From positions 124,001-187,919 of the forward strand of contig NW_020845351.1 in NCBI RefSeq assembly GCF_003704095.1: 63,919 bases of DNA, given 5' to 3'. Numbering within the stretch: position 1 is the first letter of the stretch; each line of letters opens with the position of its first letter. This DNA comes from Pocillopora damicornis. Lineage: Eukaryota. Of this stretch, positions 25,844-40,169 are shown piece by piece. The position numbers and the translations under genes were made by a program. The notes under the pieces are model-generated. The model made no database searches. It was not told the origin of the DNA and saw only the letters and a program-made list of their open reading frames with translations.

Positions 25844-28800
25844 AAACACTGGATGCAAGCAATGACTGATTAAAGCACCGTTTGAGATTTTTGTGGCTTT
25901 CGATATCTGTTTATTGGTAAAGTAAGAAATGCATCGGAATCTTGGACTTGACTGATGTAAGCACTCTCTCAGAGATTGTTGAATATTAGCAACAATCAAG
26001 ATATTAGCTGTTGGGGTCTAGAAAAATAAACAATATCAAACAGAAGAACTAAGTTCATTTTTTTTTTGCCTTATATTAAAAGAGCAAAAGAGCAAATTTT
26101 GGGTTCTTTTCCAATAACAAAAAACCAAATTAAAATAATTTGGCACGACTGACATAAAGTGCTATATGTTCAAAATTGACTTCTATCATGTATTTCAATT
26201 TTATTGATATTTAAGATCTTTGTAATTTTCTCAGCTGCTCATGTGATGAATCAATCAATATTAAAATAAAAAGAACTTGATGCTAATATTACACAGTTAT
26301 CCCGGGAGAAACTAACAATTCTTCTGTAATTTTGAAATTAACTGTGGCAACCATACGAAATTTAAGTTGGCCCCACTCCATTTTTGGAAATATTTTCTTT
26401 TACTTTTCACGCTATGAAAAGGAAAAAACACCTTGACTTTCCCTGGTTAACATTGACGTATATCCATCCCTGTGGAGGACTTTCCTGTCGAAGCCGTCTT
26501 TAAGAACTTGAGGAAAAACTGTGGCAAAAAATGCAATGTCCACTATCTATTTTAGGAGCTAAATTACTAAGAGGTAAGTGTCAACACCATTGATTCCCTT
26601 TGTCTGTTTCAGGATCGCTCTCTCTAATCTATCCATACCAACAATACTCACTTTAAACACTTGTTCACGTGCTCAAGCACGTGCCTTGACAATCGACAGC
26701 TGGGCAATTAGTGGAGTCATTCGTGAAGTGTGGCTCTTCTCATTCCTTGCGACAAATGACAGTAAAAGTTGCGTTAAGGAAATTGTTGGTGGTAAAATAA
26801 GGGGCCAGAATAACAAATATTGCGAAAAAATGGATGGAACGTCATAAAGCATTATCTACCAACACTTTCCCAACAGAAGAATCATCAACTAATGAAAGTA
26901 GGTGATAATTTAAAAACTAATCCTTTTACTTTGTATAAATATGATGCTATATTCCAAGAAAATAGACCAGTAAGTAATGAAACTTTGCTAAATGCAGTAT
27001 AATTGATGCAAGTTGTAGATCACATTTTTTCATTTTTAAGACACAAGCGTGCGGTTTATTCACCAAAGGGTACTTGATTTACACCTACACTACGTACATT
27101 TCAAGTGGATTTATCACGCTATAAATCCTGGGAAAAGTGCTTTATGACTTTTAAGGTATGGCAAAACAATTGTTGGCGACTGTTAGGGACGAAAATGCAT
27201 AAAAAGGTCAAGTCACATTCAATTTAGAACAAGTTGAATAACTGAGAGTAACTCAGATGAGGCTTCGCTCGATCAAGGTAGATGAAGAGAATTGAAGAAA
27301 AAAGACAAGTACAAAATAAGAGCACAAGTTTAATGATTAGTTCCTGAAATCTGATGTACTTTTGACCATGAAGTCATAAAAATACCTTTTCACCGAGAGC
27401 GAGGGTGTAATACAGCGTTTGGAAGTTTTTCTTTTTAAATTTCAAACTAGAGTTGGGTTAAAACACGTATCTTAAACGATTGCTAAATACACTTTTGATC
27501 TGAAAATATGTAGTATAATACGAAGATCAACCTGAACCTCTCCCCCATCCCCTCTCTTCCAACACAACCAATGAGCGTATGATCTTCTTTGGTGCCCGCA
27601 GGGTGGAAAATTTGAACCTTGCCTGGCTCGGGTGGGGAGTTTGAACCGGAAGTGTCAAGTCTCTCCAGCGGAATAGTACTGTTGCATTAAATATGGAGGT
27701 GTTTTTAGGCAAATAGTTCGCTTTCGCGAGCAAATGGCTCAAAAGAAAACGTCTGCAAGGTCTAGGTTTCATAGCTTGTTCAAGGAGTAGAAATTCCAGG
27801 TTGCTGATTCTGCCGTTAACATAAAAATTGGGTTGAACAGAATTTTTGCCTGGAAGGGGGGGAGAATTTGAACAAGACAATATTCGAACGCTCAAATGCC
27901 GGTAGGGATGTTAAAACTTCGAATTGATTGAGGCATTATTTTCCTAAGGAGTCCCAGAGGTGTAGGGCCTTCTACTCAGTAGCTTTTCTAAAATTACAAA
28001 CGATTTCTTTTAATGAAAATCGAAATCTTTAGTGAGTGCTAAGGATATTGCAGATGTTTTAAATCCTGCTTCAAAAAGCTGTGGGGTGAACGGAAGTTTA
28101 CTGTCTCTAAGCTTAAATGGCAATTTCGGATGAATTCTTTTCCTGCCCTGCGTAGAGTTTTCTTATGAAATAAAAAATGTTCTGGCTTTTCTATGGCTAT
28201 TGCAGTATATTTAAAAGTGAGGCTTAGTAAAATTATTGCTATTGTCATTTATGAGGAGGGAAATGTTTAAAGCACCCCTTGCAAACTGGACAAATCGAGA
28301 TTTATTTATCGCCAGTCGGTGGGAGTAAATCGTCGCACTTTTTTTCGGAGTCTTGGGGAAATTGTAAAGCTCATTCATAAGAAGGAACAGGTCAAAGTAG
28401 TGCTTCGGACATGATTATCGAATTTTCTAGAACTATCAATCTTGCGAATGAAAGACATCTTCAAATATGCAAACATTAATCAGATCTTGTGACGAGTGAG
28501 CGTTATAGTTACAGGACTTTACAAAAATACCCTTTACCCTAACGATCAAAGACAGGCTTGACTGGCTGCTAAGTTGCGTGACTAACAGATATTACCACCA
28601 AAAAAAAGGAATGGGACTAAGGTCTAAAAAAGACGTCGTTAAGTCGCTGAAAACTTTTCATAACAACTTTAATAATAATTATATTTACATCTCTATACAA
28701 AAAAAGCAAATCTCCTGGGTGATTTTTGTCGCTTAGCAAAATTTTGTCCATAAGATTTTATTCGCATACAAGTCGCACAAAGTTATAAACAGTTTTCTTG

Positions 28801-28927
28801 TACAGGTTTCGGTACACCTTCGGCGAATTCTAGCGCAAGAATTTCTGTCTTAGCTACAAGCAAATCGCAAACTTCTCCTTGCATTGCTCTTGGACACAAG
28901 ATAAATATCGTGCAATTTCAGTCACTT

Positions 28928-31900
28928 TCATAATAAAACTACAAAGGATGCTACTAAAACTAGGGCTTTATAGACAAATAATCCACTATACCAAGAAACG
29001 CCGGAAGATCTGGACCCTTCTAATTCGGTTACGTTTAACAACTTAAAGATCGTATTAGTGTCATTGATATGAACGTCACTATTGTTTCTCAAGATGTTTT
29101 TGACGAGTTCTTTGATACTTTTGACATTTTTGGCTCGGTAAATGATACCATTACCATAATTTCTGAAATCCACAACATTCGCGCCTCCCTTTCTTTGGAC
29201 GACATTGCCTTCTCCAGTCTCGCTTACATTGACTTCTTCGTTGTCAACCCCATCACCACTGTCATCACCATCCTCTGCTCCACTGTCCTCGCCATCATCC
29301 ACTCCACTTTCTCCGGCATCATCTCCACTGTCTTCAACATCATCTTCTCCGCTATCTTCAAAATCGTCATCTCCACTCTCTTCGCCACTGTCATCTCCAC
29401 TGTCTTTAAAATCGTCATCACCACTTTCTTCAGCGTCGTCATCTCCACTGTCCTCTCCCTCGTCATCTTCGCTGTCTTCCACGTAGTCATCTCCGCTTTC
29501 TTTTCCATTATCATCGCCACTGTCTTCTCCAACATCATCTCCACTTTCCTCAACGTCATCATCTCCACTTTCTTCACCATTGTCATCTCCACTTTCTTCT
29601 CCGTCGTCATCAGCACTGTCCTCACCATTGTCATCACCACTCTCCTCATCGCCATCATCTTCACTGCCCTCAGAGTCGTCATCTCCACTGTCCTCACCAC
29701 CGTCATCTTCACCGTCTTCGCCATCGTCATCTCCACTTTCTTCACCATCGTCATCTCCACTATCTTCTCCATCATCATCACCACTTTCCTCAGCGTCGTC
29801 ATCTCCACTATCCTCACCATCGTCATCGCTACTCTCATCTCCACTGTCTTCGCCATCCTCATCTCCACTGTCTTCGCCATCCTCATCTCCAAACTCTTCA
29901 TCATTGTCATCTCCACTGTCTTCATCATCATCATCGTCTCCGCTTTCTCCTCCATCGTCATCTCCACTGTCTTCGTCACTGTCGTCACCACTGTCCAAAC
30001 CATCGTCATCACCACTCTCCTCTTCTTCGTCATCACCACTGTATTCACCATCTTCATCACCACTCTCCTCTCCTTCGTCGTCACCACTATCTTCACCATC
30101 ATCATCACCACTTTCTTCTTCTTCGTCGTCACCACTATCTTCACCATCATCATCACCACTTTCTTCTTCTTTTTCGTCACTACTGTCCTCACCGCCGTCA
30201 TCGCTGTCACCGCTACTTTCGTCTTCATCATCTCCACTCTCTCCTTCTTCGTCATCTGCACTGTCTCCTCCGTCATCATCTGCACTTTCTTCACCTCCGC
30301 TATCTCCATTGTCTTCTTCGTCATCTTCATTTTCCTCACCATCGTCATCTCCGCTGTCTTCTTCGCCCTCCTCACTTCCGTCTGCGTCATCATCTGCGCT
30401 TTCATCTCCACTTTCATCTTCACTGTCCTTACCATCGTCATCTTTGCTGTCTTCATCTTCCACGCTGTCTTCATCTTCATCTTCCACGCTGTCTTCATCA
30501 TCATCTGCTGCACTATCTCCATCATCATCTTCACTTTCCTCACCACCGTCATCACCACCTTCGTCTTTCACATTGTCATCTCCGCCTTCCTCGCCATCTT
30601 CATCGTTACTTTCAATGCCACCGTCCTCAGTTCCATTTTCACTGTCCACTCCATCGTCGTCGACGGTCTCTTCCTTGTTGCTGTCCTCACTATCCACTTC
30701 ATTTTCTTCTTCACTTTCTTCCCCTGTATCTTCACTACCAGGCTCTAGGAAAAGATAATTTGATTGGGTAACTGAGTATTTTTGGACAATTTTTTCTAAA
30801 AATCTCGAAGGCCGACGTATCATTCTTAATTTCATCAGGAATTCGCAGTGATCTTTTATGAAATTAGAAGTTTTTTGCGTCTTTAGCAAACCTGATAATG
30901 AGAGATGTTAAAAGACAGTGTTGAAAACAGAATTTAAGAATCAAGATCACAACGAAGTCTTAAAAAAGAATAGAACTTCAGAAAAGGGTTAGAAAAGCTT
31001 CATTTTAAAACAGCATTTTTCAAACGACTCAAAGGTTTCAACAGTAAAAGGAACGTAGAGATCGCGATACTTCGTTTTTTCGGCTTGCATATATATGTAG
31101 ATACGTGGTGTATTAAAAAAATTAATCAGCTCGATGGGTTATCAAATTCGTTAAGATGTGGTGTTACGTTGCGTGCGCTTCGAGCTTCACTTTCACTATA
31201 AGAGAAAGAAAATAATCCATGTTGTCCTCTTTAATTTTTAAATGTCGGAAAGTAGAATAATAAGGTGAATACTTTTTTGTAGAAGTATGAGATCTAAAGG
31301 GGTGGCACACCTTCGTCGGAGAGCATATAACCCTAACAGACACTTACAAATTAGCTGTAATCGATCAAAAATTCTATAATTTTTTTTTTGTTTTGTTTCT
31401 TGAAAGAAAAAATTCAAAACAGACATATGTAGAATTTCAAAATGTTTCCTCCACGATATATGTTTTGGTAAACGAATAACTGTCGTTTGCCAAATGCTTA
31501 AGCCATATAATGCCCAACGTCATAATAATTGCGCCTAGATTTAACGTCTAAAACCCGTGCTCAGGCTGAGGATATTGGATGCATTCTTGTTAAGTGTTTA
31601 TGTGCTACCGTCCAGAGTTCAACTAACAAGCCGCTAGTACGGGATATGGTACACCTGGGATTAGAAAGTTATCTGATTAAATATTATCATTCACACCACC
31701 TTAGCAGTACCTCGGTAAAGGATTCCTTTATTATTTCAAGCTTTCCTTTTCATTTAAGCTCCCGTGGAAATGAGTCAAAGCAATTATTTTGATGAGATGA
31801 AAATGATGAAATATTTATGACGGGAACTTCAGGCTTTTTCAATCTCTAAAGAAGTAACGTGATCGATATTGACGGCCATAAGAAATAATCAAGTTCGCGA

Positions 31901-32903
31901 AATAAAATCAAAGTCATCTCTGAGACTAATATTAGTCATACGAATAAATTCGCTCTATTTCAGTCACGAAAACAATCTCAAATAGACGTTATTCACGAAA
32001 CATGAATTTCGTTGCATATTTGTTTTCTTTCTAAGAAGCACCTTCGCAACTCTCTACAAGGCTCCGGGATAAACATGATTTCGTGACAGAAAAAAAATTA
32101 GCAGAAAAAAAGGGATTTTTACCTTCTTCATCGATACCGTCAGAGGGGGCTCTATTTAACTCCTCGTTGAGTGCATTAACCGCGAGTTCTACCGTTTGCA
32201 CCTCCACAACATCAAAACCGTGTCCATTCTCTATACCATCTGGAAAAATATAGAGAAAAATTTTTTATGATATATGCTGGTTTAGTTAAACTTTGGCCAT
32301 AAACGGTGTAATAAACTTATGGACCTCTCGTGAAGTAAACCTTATTTCAGATTTTCTTCGCAGATAGTGAACTCTTGTTCAATCCAGTTGTTTAAATTGA
32401 AAAACGCTTTGTTTAAATCATAAGAAGATTATTTTTGCACTTTAACACTACTGGGCTAAAATCGAAAGAGAAAAATTTGCACCAAATGCATCTTTTTTGA
32501 GAAAGCAATATCAAGAACGTATAAATTGTTGGTCAAAGGAGGAGAAAGCAATTAAAGTAATAGTCTGTGCTTAATTCAAAATTGACTGAGTAAACAGTTT
32601 GCTAATGCTACACTTTTTGCAAATTACTATTGTCACCACTAAAACACATACTGTTAGTTGACAGTTTGATGGGGTTTAAGGAAAAAAAATGTTGATGATC
32701 ATAATATAAGCATATGGACTCCTAACAAGCCGTCTTCTTCTTGAATCATGTGGAAAACAATTATTAAAGCGAGCTAGGAAATTGTATTAACCAAAACTAT
32801 AATTGAAAACCTCACCTTCTGGAGCTGGTAACGGATGGCAACGATGCGACTGGAGGAAAGTCAAGAAAAAGAGAAGAAATAATACTTTAGATGTCATTTT
32901 CAT
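28928..32903 (-). CDS. Acidic gene D: 673-aa secreted, probably GPI-anchored Asp/Glu-rich protein; exons 32903-32816, 32239-32123, 30744-28928
   Basis: Exon 1 MKMTSKVLFLLFFLTFLQSHRCHPLPAPE ends G|GTGAGG. Exon 2 is 117 nt (DGIENGHGFDVVEV...GIDEE, ccAG/GTAAA). Exon 3 acceptor is ctAG at 30746-30745. All introns are phase 1. C-terminus is SRSSGVSWYSGLFVYKALVLVASFVVLL*. AATAAA at 28757-28762. Confidence 0.9.
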
Positions 32904-32969
32904 CTTCGTCGGGTAGATCCTGCTTCTGTATAACCTTCGCTGACACTGGCGCTTTTTTCTTTAGAGTAC

Positions 32970-32984
32970 ATTTATATATTTATA
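32970..32984 (-). promoter_or_regulatory. Putative TATA box of gene D
   Basis: TATAAATATATAAAT about 70-80 nt upstream of the ATG. Confidence 0.5.
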
Positions 32985-35900
32985 GTCCCACGTGTAGATG
33001 TCAGTATTGCTACCACTACTTCAATATTCGGACTCTGAAATTAGAATTACTCGAATTCTCTTTTTCCTAAATAAACAACAAAAATAAGTGTTATGAATTC
33101 CAATGGGATAAAATTAAACATGTTTTATTTGACTGTGTTTAAGTTAAAATCATCAATTTGTACTTTTCTTTTCTCGGGCCGAAAGTAATTTCCCATCTGT
33201 ATTGGTTTATTTCAAGATGTGATCTTTGCTAATGAGATATCAAATTTCCTTTTTCGCTTTGCCACGATTAATGATTAGTTTCCAAAAGAAAGTCGATTAT
33301 TGTACATTTAAGTTGAATTAATTGTAGAATCCCTGATGGATTTCGCTTTTGAATTAAATTTTTTTGGGTTTGAAGGTTTTTGTACAAACCAAGGTACGTG
33401 ATATGACTGAACAAAGAAATGACTTGCTGACACAGAACCTTTATAGGCGGATGTTCCAAGGGTAGAGAATATAGTTAATGAGCAAGCATGCTTTGTTTCT
33501 GGAGGAACACAGCACTTCAGAGTAAGCAATTTTCAGTATCAATGGCTTCAGAAGATGATTAACTTTGTAGTTGATTTAACGCACCGGGTAACATTAGACC
33601 AAACATATAGAGAACGAAACTCGTCGATATTTCATTTTCATGTTAATCTTTTGACCGCACAAGACGACGCAAACTAGCTTGTGGACTTCCTGCGTTCAAC
33701 AATGCCTATCAGCGAGATTACCATTGATCGTTCTGTCTGTCGTTCTTTCTAGGCTGCATTATTTCGAAAGATGGTTCACTGAATGAAAAATGAGAAATTT
33801 CTAACGTAACGAGCGAGCCTTTAGAGACCTCGCCCACACTTGCTTCGCGTTTATTCGGAAATGCTACAAAAATAAAGGCTGCCCATTGTAACCTTTGTTA
33901 TTAATCCTTACTTATTTTCAGCTTGTTGTTGTATATCATAAGCTTAAAGCCAGATTCCTCTGAAAGGAACTGTAGGCGTGTGAACTTTACATTATCTATA
34001 GCTGAAAGAAATTATCAGTTCGAAAGAAAAGTTCATTATAATCTTACAGCCTTTTTTACTTTAAACTTCAAAACCATATAATAAATGAATATCATTTCTT
34101 TCTTTCCAAAATTCTGGAATCTTATCAGTGTGTGGACAATCTTAGAAAGGCAAAAGGCGCCAATGGGACGCAATCAGATACCATGCATCGATGTTGCCTT
34201 CGAGAAATGAAGCGGCTTGCCTTGTTTTTGTTTTTTTTTTAATAAATATATATTTTTTTTTTCTAAAGGAAAAAATGATCATAGCCGTTGTTTTCTATAT
34301 TAGTACTCTTTTTTCTGAGAATAGGTCGCCGGTTAGTGCTCTGAAATGGTTAGGTATTGTGAGTCCTTCCAATGAAGACAAACAAAGTAAGGATGAATTT
34401 TACAATTGAGAGTGATTGATATTATTAATTTTTTCCCCATTTGGAATATCTGACAACTTTAATTTGCATCCGCTGAAACGATATTATATTTCTTAAACAA
34501 TAACAAAAGCTGCCTATATTAATTTAATCCTTATAGTTTAGCAAAACTGCGGAACTGGACCCAAAATAATTTGTCGGATCATCACTATAGGTAACGCGAT
34601 ATAAAGAAGTGAAGTTTTAAGTCAATAAATAGGAACAGTGCTTTCTTCATGGCTGACGAACTCCTTAAAACTCTTGCATAACAATCCTTTGTCATATCTG
34701 AAACTTCAGATTTTTTAATTTTTGTCAATGGAATTAATTTTCTTATTAGCCTGTATCCCAGTCGTTCTGATACCATTAAAGTTTGGATTCAAATTACAAG
34801 AAAAAAAACGGCTTTCGTTTTACAGCTTATATTGTAATCAATTGGTTGCTTTTCTTGTTGCTGTTGCTTTTTTTGTTGTTGTTGTTGTTGCTTTGCAATC
34901 GTTGCTGACGCGATTTTTGTTCTCAGAACTGTCGTGAACTCTAGAACTTGGAAATTAAAATTGGAAAACTTCCTCAGATAAAAATACAAGTTGAGAAACC
35001 TTTGAAGTACCTCTTAGATATAGGGGACTGAGAACTGACCAGATAGTTAATTGCTCGCACAGACATTATTAGGGCTAATTATGAGTCGTGACCGATTAAT
35101 CAATATGGTATGTAATTAATAGACACACGAAACACCTAGTTTGAGATCGATTAACTTATGAAAGAAAATTTTGCCATCCTCTTGAATTGCCAAGTCCGTA
35201 CACTCCAAACGGAAGACGTTCCTTGATTCGTTTTACCGCGTCTTGTTAAAAATTACTTAAAAGCAAGTAATCTTTTTAACAAACAATTTTTTAATTATAA
35301 GATAAAGACAGATATGACCTGTAAATGGGTGAGATCATGTTATCTCTTGGTGCATTTATACTATTGTAGATTCCGTGCAAATCATTTTGAATAATAGTGC
35401 TGCATGGACTCGCTGTAGAGTAAGAGGCTCAAGGTTTTTATCAATAATCGATTTAACTAGTCGATCAAGTGCATCAGCAATAAGCAGGATTCCACTTGGT
35501 CTTTAAGAGGCGTCGTTTTTTTCCTTTATTAATTTTTAGAAAGATTGCAGAGTCCTCGACATGAGCCCTTGAACAAAATTAATGACCTGATGACTGGAAA
35601 CGCAAAAGCACCACAAATAAAAAACCTGGGGTTCGGAAAATTTTCTTGATTATTTCAGTTTGTCTTTGTTCACAGCTCTTGTGAGAGAACCTCTGCATTC
35701 AGAGAGATTAATCCACCAGTAATCGGAGCAGCTCAAGGAAAGCAGCCTTTCTAACCCGGATAATTCTCCTCACAATATAATTTGAATATTTTTCATCGCG
35801 TTTTTTATCGACTCGAGCTAGCGAGAGCAAAGTAGTCTTAAAAATATTCACTCTTCTGGATAATTGCTTTTATCATTCACGCTTGTATTATCATCGTTTA

Positions 35901-36373
35901 TGTAATAAAACCTAAATGCCCCGTAAATTCGTTTGGCGGAATCCTTTTCTATCGCTACCCCACCTAAGTCTGCCGAATGTATTTTTTTTTCTTCACATGA
36001 TATTAAATTGCCAGTGAGGTCCATAGTGTAAAAACATTCAGCTGAATAAAGTGGTGTTTGTTATGCAGGTTGGTAAACAACGCTGGCTCTTATCACTCAC
36101 TGATCTCTGCAAACTAATACACATAAGTTAACCAAGTTAATTCTGGAATAGTTGCAATAGGTTGTAAAGAATTAATCTCAACAGACATTTATTTGCATTT
36201 ATGCTGTTCCGTCGAAATTTGTATTGTATTGTTGGCAAGTTGTATTGCAACGCTGATCCGACTAATACAGTTTTGAGTATTGATAGGCCGAATTTCAAAG
36301 CCCGTTAAGTACCACAATTTATTATAAAGTTTTGCGCCTGACCTCCGGTAAATGGCTTTGCCGGAAATCTACT

Positions 36374-36374
<1 letters not shown>

Positions 36375-36416
<42 letters not shown>
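36375..36416 (+). repeat. 42-nt poly(C) tract
   Basis: Homopolymer run. Confidence 0.95.
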
Positions 36417-36419
<3 letters not shown>

Positions 36420-38807
36420 CCTCCCATACGGGATCTTTTCTTTCATCATAAGTTGATCTCTTCAAGCAAAAATGCGAAGGTTTTTCTTGAAATAGAGCGT
36501 GTGTTCTATGTTACGTAAAGTTGTTCTATATGTACAACTGAATTTATACGGGTTGACGACATACGTTTGAATATGAAATTTATGAAGAAGAAAGGAAAAG
36601 GAATTTTGCTAGTTTTGCGGCTCTTGACTAAAAGCAACAACGAGTTTAGAACTGAAGAAGCAACATGAATCTTCTGTGCTGATCAAAGTAGGGAGGGATC
36701 CTAACAAAAAAGTATGTTTCCTAATCTAAGATCAGCAATAGTTTAAGGTTCTCGTATGTATTAAAACAACGAATCCATTTTGGTTAATAAAACATCTCCT
36801 TCCCACAACTCCCCATTATCCGTCTTGACATTTTGCGCTTGCGATGCACAAAAAAGACATAATTTTTAAAGGCTGCTGTCAATTCAAGGAAACGAAAAGG
36901 AATGAATCATTTCACCGGGTAGTTCGTGGCTGTTCTCTTACTTGCCTTTCAGGAAAGCAAGATGACTGAGGAGATCTAATTGAGGGTCTCAAGGATTGAA
37001 ATCAGTTTATAACATTTCTGTTAACTATAAAAGAAAGAAATTATCAATTTAAAACGAAAATTGTTAATATTTCTGTTGAGCGTAATGAAAAGGAATCAAC
37101 CGTTAGCTGTAAAATGGCCACAGGGACCCTTTTGAGTCTCTGGCAGAAACATATATTAGGTACACGGTGGGTTGAGTTAAGTTCAGTCAATAGCACACCA
37201 TTTGTGTATCATGATATTGCCTTGGTAAGAAATTTCAAACATTTTTCTTATTCTTACTTCCTTTCATATCAAAAGTTGTGAACCTCACTTAAGAAATTTC
37301 CCAAGATAACATTTCAATTTCTCTCCATAATGATTGAGCTGCCTCAATTTTCACAGAAACTACGAAGAATTAGGAAAAACGTGCACAAATCAAAATAAAG
37401 CCTATATTCAAACCAAAACCTGCCGGTATGTTTCCTACGCAAATTTGTGGCCGCCAAATTAGTATTGCGGCAAACCGACATCCTCCTAGCTATGAAGAGG
37501 TTCCTGGTAAATTCCACGAGCAAACGGTTACCCACGCAAATCAAATCGATCTTATAAAGAATGTAGGATAATGGTGTTGCGGGTGACTTTTGGAACAATC
37601 ACCTCAAGAGAGGAATTACGTCTCATGCTTCATTGAAGTAATCAAGCATCAATTTAAGGGTCAAGGTAACGCACGAAAACGGATCGTGGAATGCGAAGCA
37701 GTTGCTTTCGATAAAACTCTTTCGGAACTATTGAAATACTTTCATCAGAAGGAGCTCATTGTTCGCGAAAGTACCTTGCATATTCAATTTCTTTATTTCA
37801 CAGAATTTGTCACTAAATTGCATTTCATAGCCACAGTTCTTAAAGACAATACACAGATCGTGACCAAACGCACTATACATATATGTATGATGTATTTTTT
37901 AATCGGATAATTTAAAAACTCTCATTGACATGTCTTTGATATCAATCTCAATTAAAAACATACTCGAACTTATTTTCTTGTTCTTACACATATACTATCA
38001 AGACACGTGAGTTTTTCAAAACTGAAACATTGATGATGAAAAAACTATTCTCACAGTAGTACTTTGACCTTGACCCAAGAGATAGTACTTGTTCGTGGCA
38101 CTGATGTGACCCTCGCTGTACGGCTAGTAAAGAAGGGAAAAAATACACTCTAGTAAAACTAGAACACTGCATCCCAGAACTTTAAACCGAGCTTAGAGGA
38201 ATGATACAAGCTCAAGAATAATGTTAGTAATTAGTTTATTAAGCTTTCGGGGACATGTAAGTTTGCTGAGTAACTGACCAAGTCGTTAAGAGACAAATAA
38301 ATTTGATTTGAGAGGCCTTTTTTAGAAAAGCCAACCATCTTTCATAACACTCAAATGTCTTCCAGCCTTGCAGAGATAAATATTTGGAGAGGAGGAGAAG
38401 TGGATACATATGCCCCAGAAAAGAATAAAAAATATCAATGATATTTCTTGAGTCCGAATAGTGTGAGGAAAGAGGCGCTTTTATCGTCACCTCATGGTGT
38501 AACTATTAATACCTGAAATTTACGGCAAGTGTCTTAGTAACTGGTTTGATTCCCTCACTTCAGTTAAGTAAACCAGTCTGCTAGCGGGATAAATTCAGTT
38601 TTAACCAAACTTCTCTGTATTGAAATATTGCATGAAGAGATGTGGGAACTATCTCATAGATCTTTGACCTTTAAATCGTCCCTTCGCCTTTTGAGAACTG
38701 AAAGATAAAAGCAACATTGGACAATTTGAATGAATTGTTCAAACTGAACTTTATCAGGATGAATTTTGTGTATCTTCCACCGTTTTCCTCCTGAACGACG
38801 ACATAAA

Positions 38808-39091
38808 TAGAGCCATTTTCAACTAAGTGCCGAAAGTAATCCGAGATTGCATTGGTTTTGGTTCTGTTTTACTTCGCTTTGTGATTGGTCCAGAAAAATG
38901 GTGCCACTTTCTCAACCAATTAGATGTAAAACCAAAAACAATCGCGACTTGGTTGCCCGCGTTTTCTCGCGCTTAAGGCAGTTTGGTTGTTTCTATTTTG
39001 AGTTTTCTTCAGTTCTTTAAGTTATTTCTTTTCTACCGATTGGCCGATGTGATAATAATAATTTTATGAAACTCAGTCGAAAAGTGCTCTA
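38808..39091. mobile_element. MITE with short terminal inverted repeats
   Basis: Ends are tagagccattttcaact and agtcgaaaagtgctcta, with TA at both termini. Confidence 0.65.
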
Positions 39092-40169
39092 AATGAAGAT
39101 GTAGCTTAGAAATTTTTTAAGGACAAAGGCCATGGGCTAGGTGACTTCTTGTTAAAAACAAAGGTGCCATGTGTTTGAACACAGAATTGGCTAACCGAAA
39201 AAAGCGGAAGTTTTTTTCGTTGAGCAAGCAATGTTTTCTCAAGCGTATCCATGGCAAGGTAAAGAGTTGTTTTTTCACCGATGCGGAATCTATTAATATC
39301 CACTAATAGCCAAAATATCGAGTTGTAAAAGTAACTATTTTAGGTGTCGTCTTTTGAAAATTGTGCACAAATATTCTTAATATATTGAGGCTTATGAATG
39401 CATAAATATTTTTAGATCCTTTACAAGCAAGGGTAAAAACACCCAAATAAGATCTTCCTGAAGCAATAGTTCTTCAAAAATGGTCTATGATCTATCGATC
39501 CATACTATCTTTAGCACTCATAACAAATTAAATTCTCGGAAAATCCCACTACTAAATAATGTTCATAGACAAGAACGTTACAACTTCAGGAACCACTTCT
39601 TTAATTAGGCATCCACTCTTGTTAATTAGCCCCAGGTATTAAACTGTCAGACTGCATTTTCAGGAAAACGACAAACTAGTGGGGAAAATGAAAGTCACTC
39701 ACTTCAGCAGTCTCAGTACATCTCACTTTAGAAGTCTTTGCACATCCATAGTTTAATATCAGTTTATGAAACAATTTTTCATTAATTATGACTGCCGAGC
39801 GACCTCATCGTGGAATACGATATTTTTCATTTTTAACAATATTACCAATTTCCCCTCTTGTCTATAGTGTAGTGCATGAAAGTTCAAATTATTGAGTGCA
39901 GGGTGTAATTAGACGTGTCAACTTGCCTGAAAGGATGAGTTACCTACCTTCTGATGGGGTTTCTATTGATTGTATCATGTTTTTATGTGTTCAAGATCGC
40001 TGAAGTCATTCTAGTACTGTAGAATTACTCAGCAGTACTGCAGTTTATACCAACTCTCAAAATAGATTTCATTTATTCTTAGAGATAAGGCACTTGCGTT
40101 TGATATCTGTCACCTGCTGATTTATCATCGCTTTTTAGGGAGATTAAAGTGTCTGACAACCAGTTGGGT

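Noticed and set aside
20484-30720. CRISPR-like arrays
   Set aside because: These are tandem coding repeats without unique spacers or cas genes, in a eukaryotic context.
29069-30758. Hydrophobic 559-aa and Ser-rich antisense ORFs and an alternative-frame ORF
   Set aside because: Same repeat artefact over gene D exon 3.
30745-30889. N-terminal 48 aa of ORF 28928-30889
   Set aside because: Non-ATG start and intronic; the acceptor at 30746-30745 explains the abrupt composition change.
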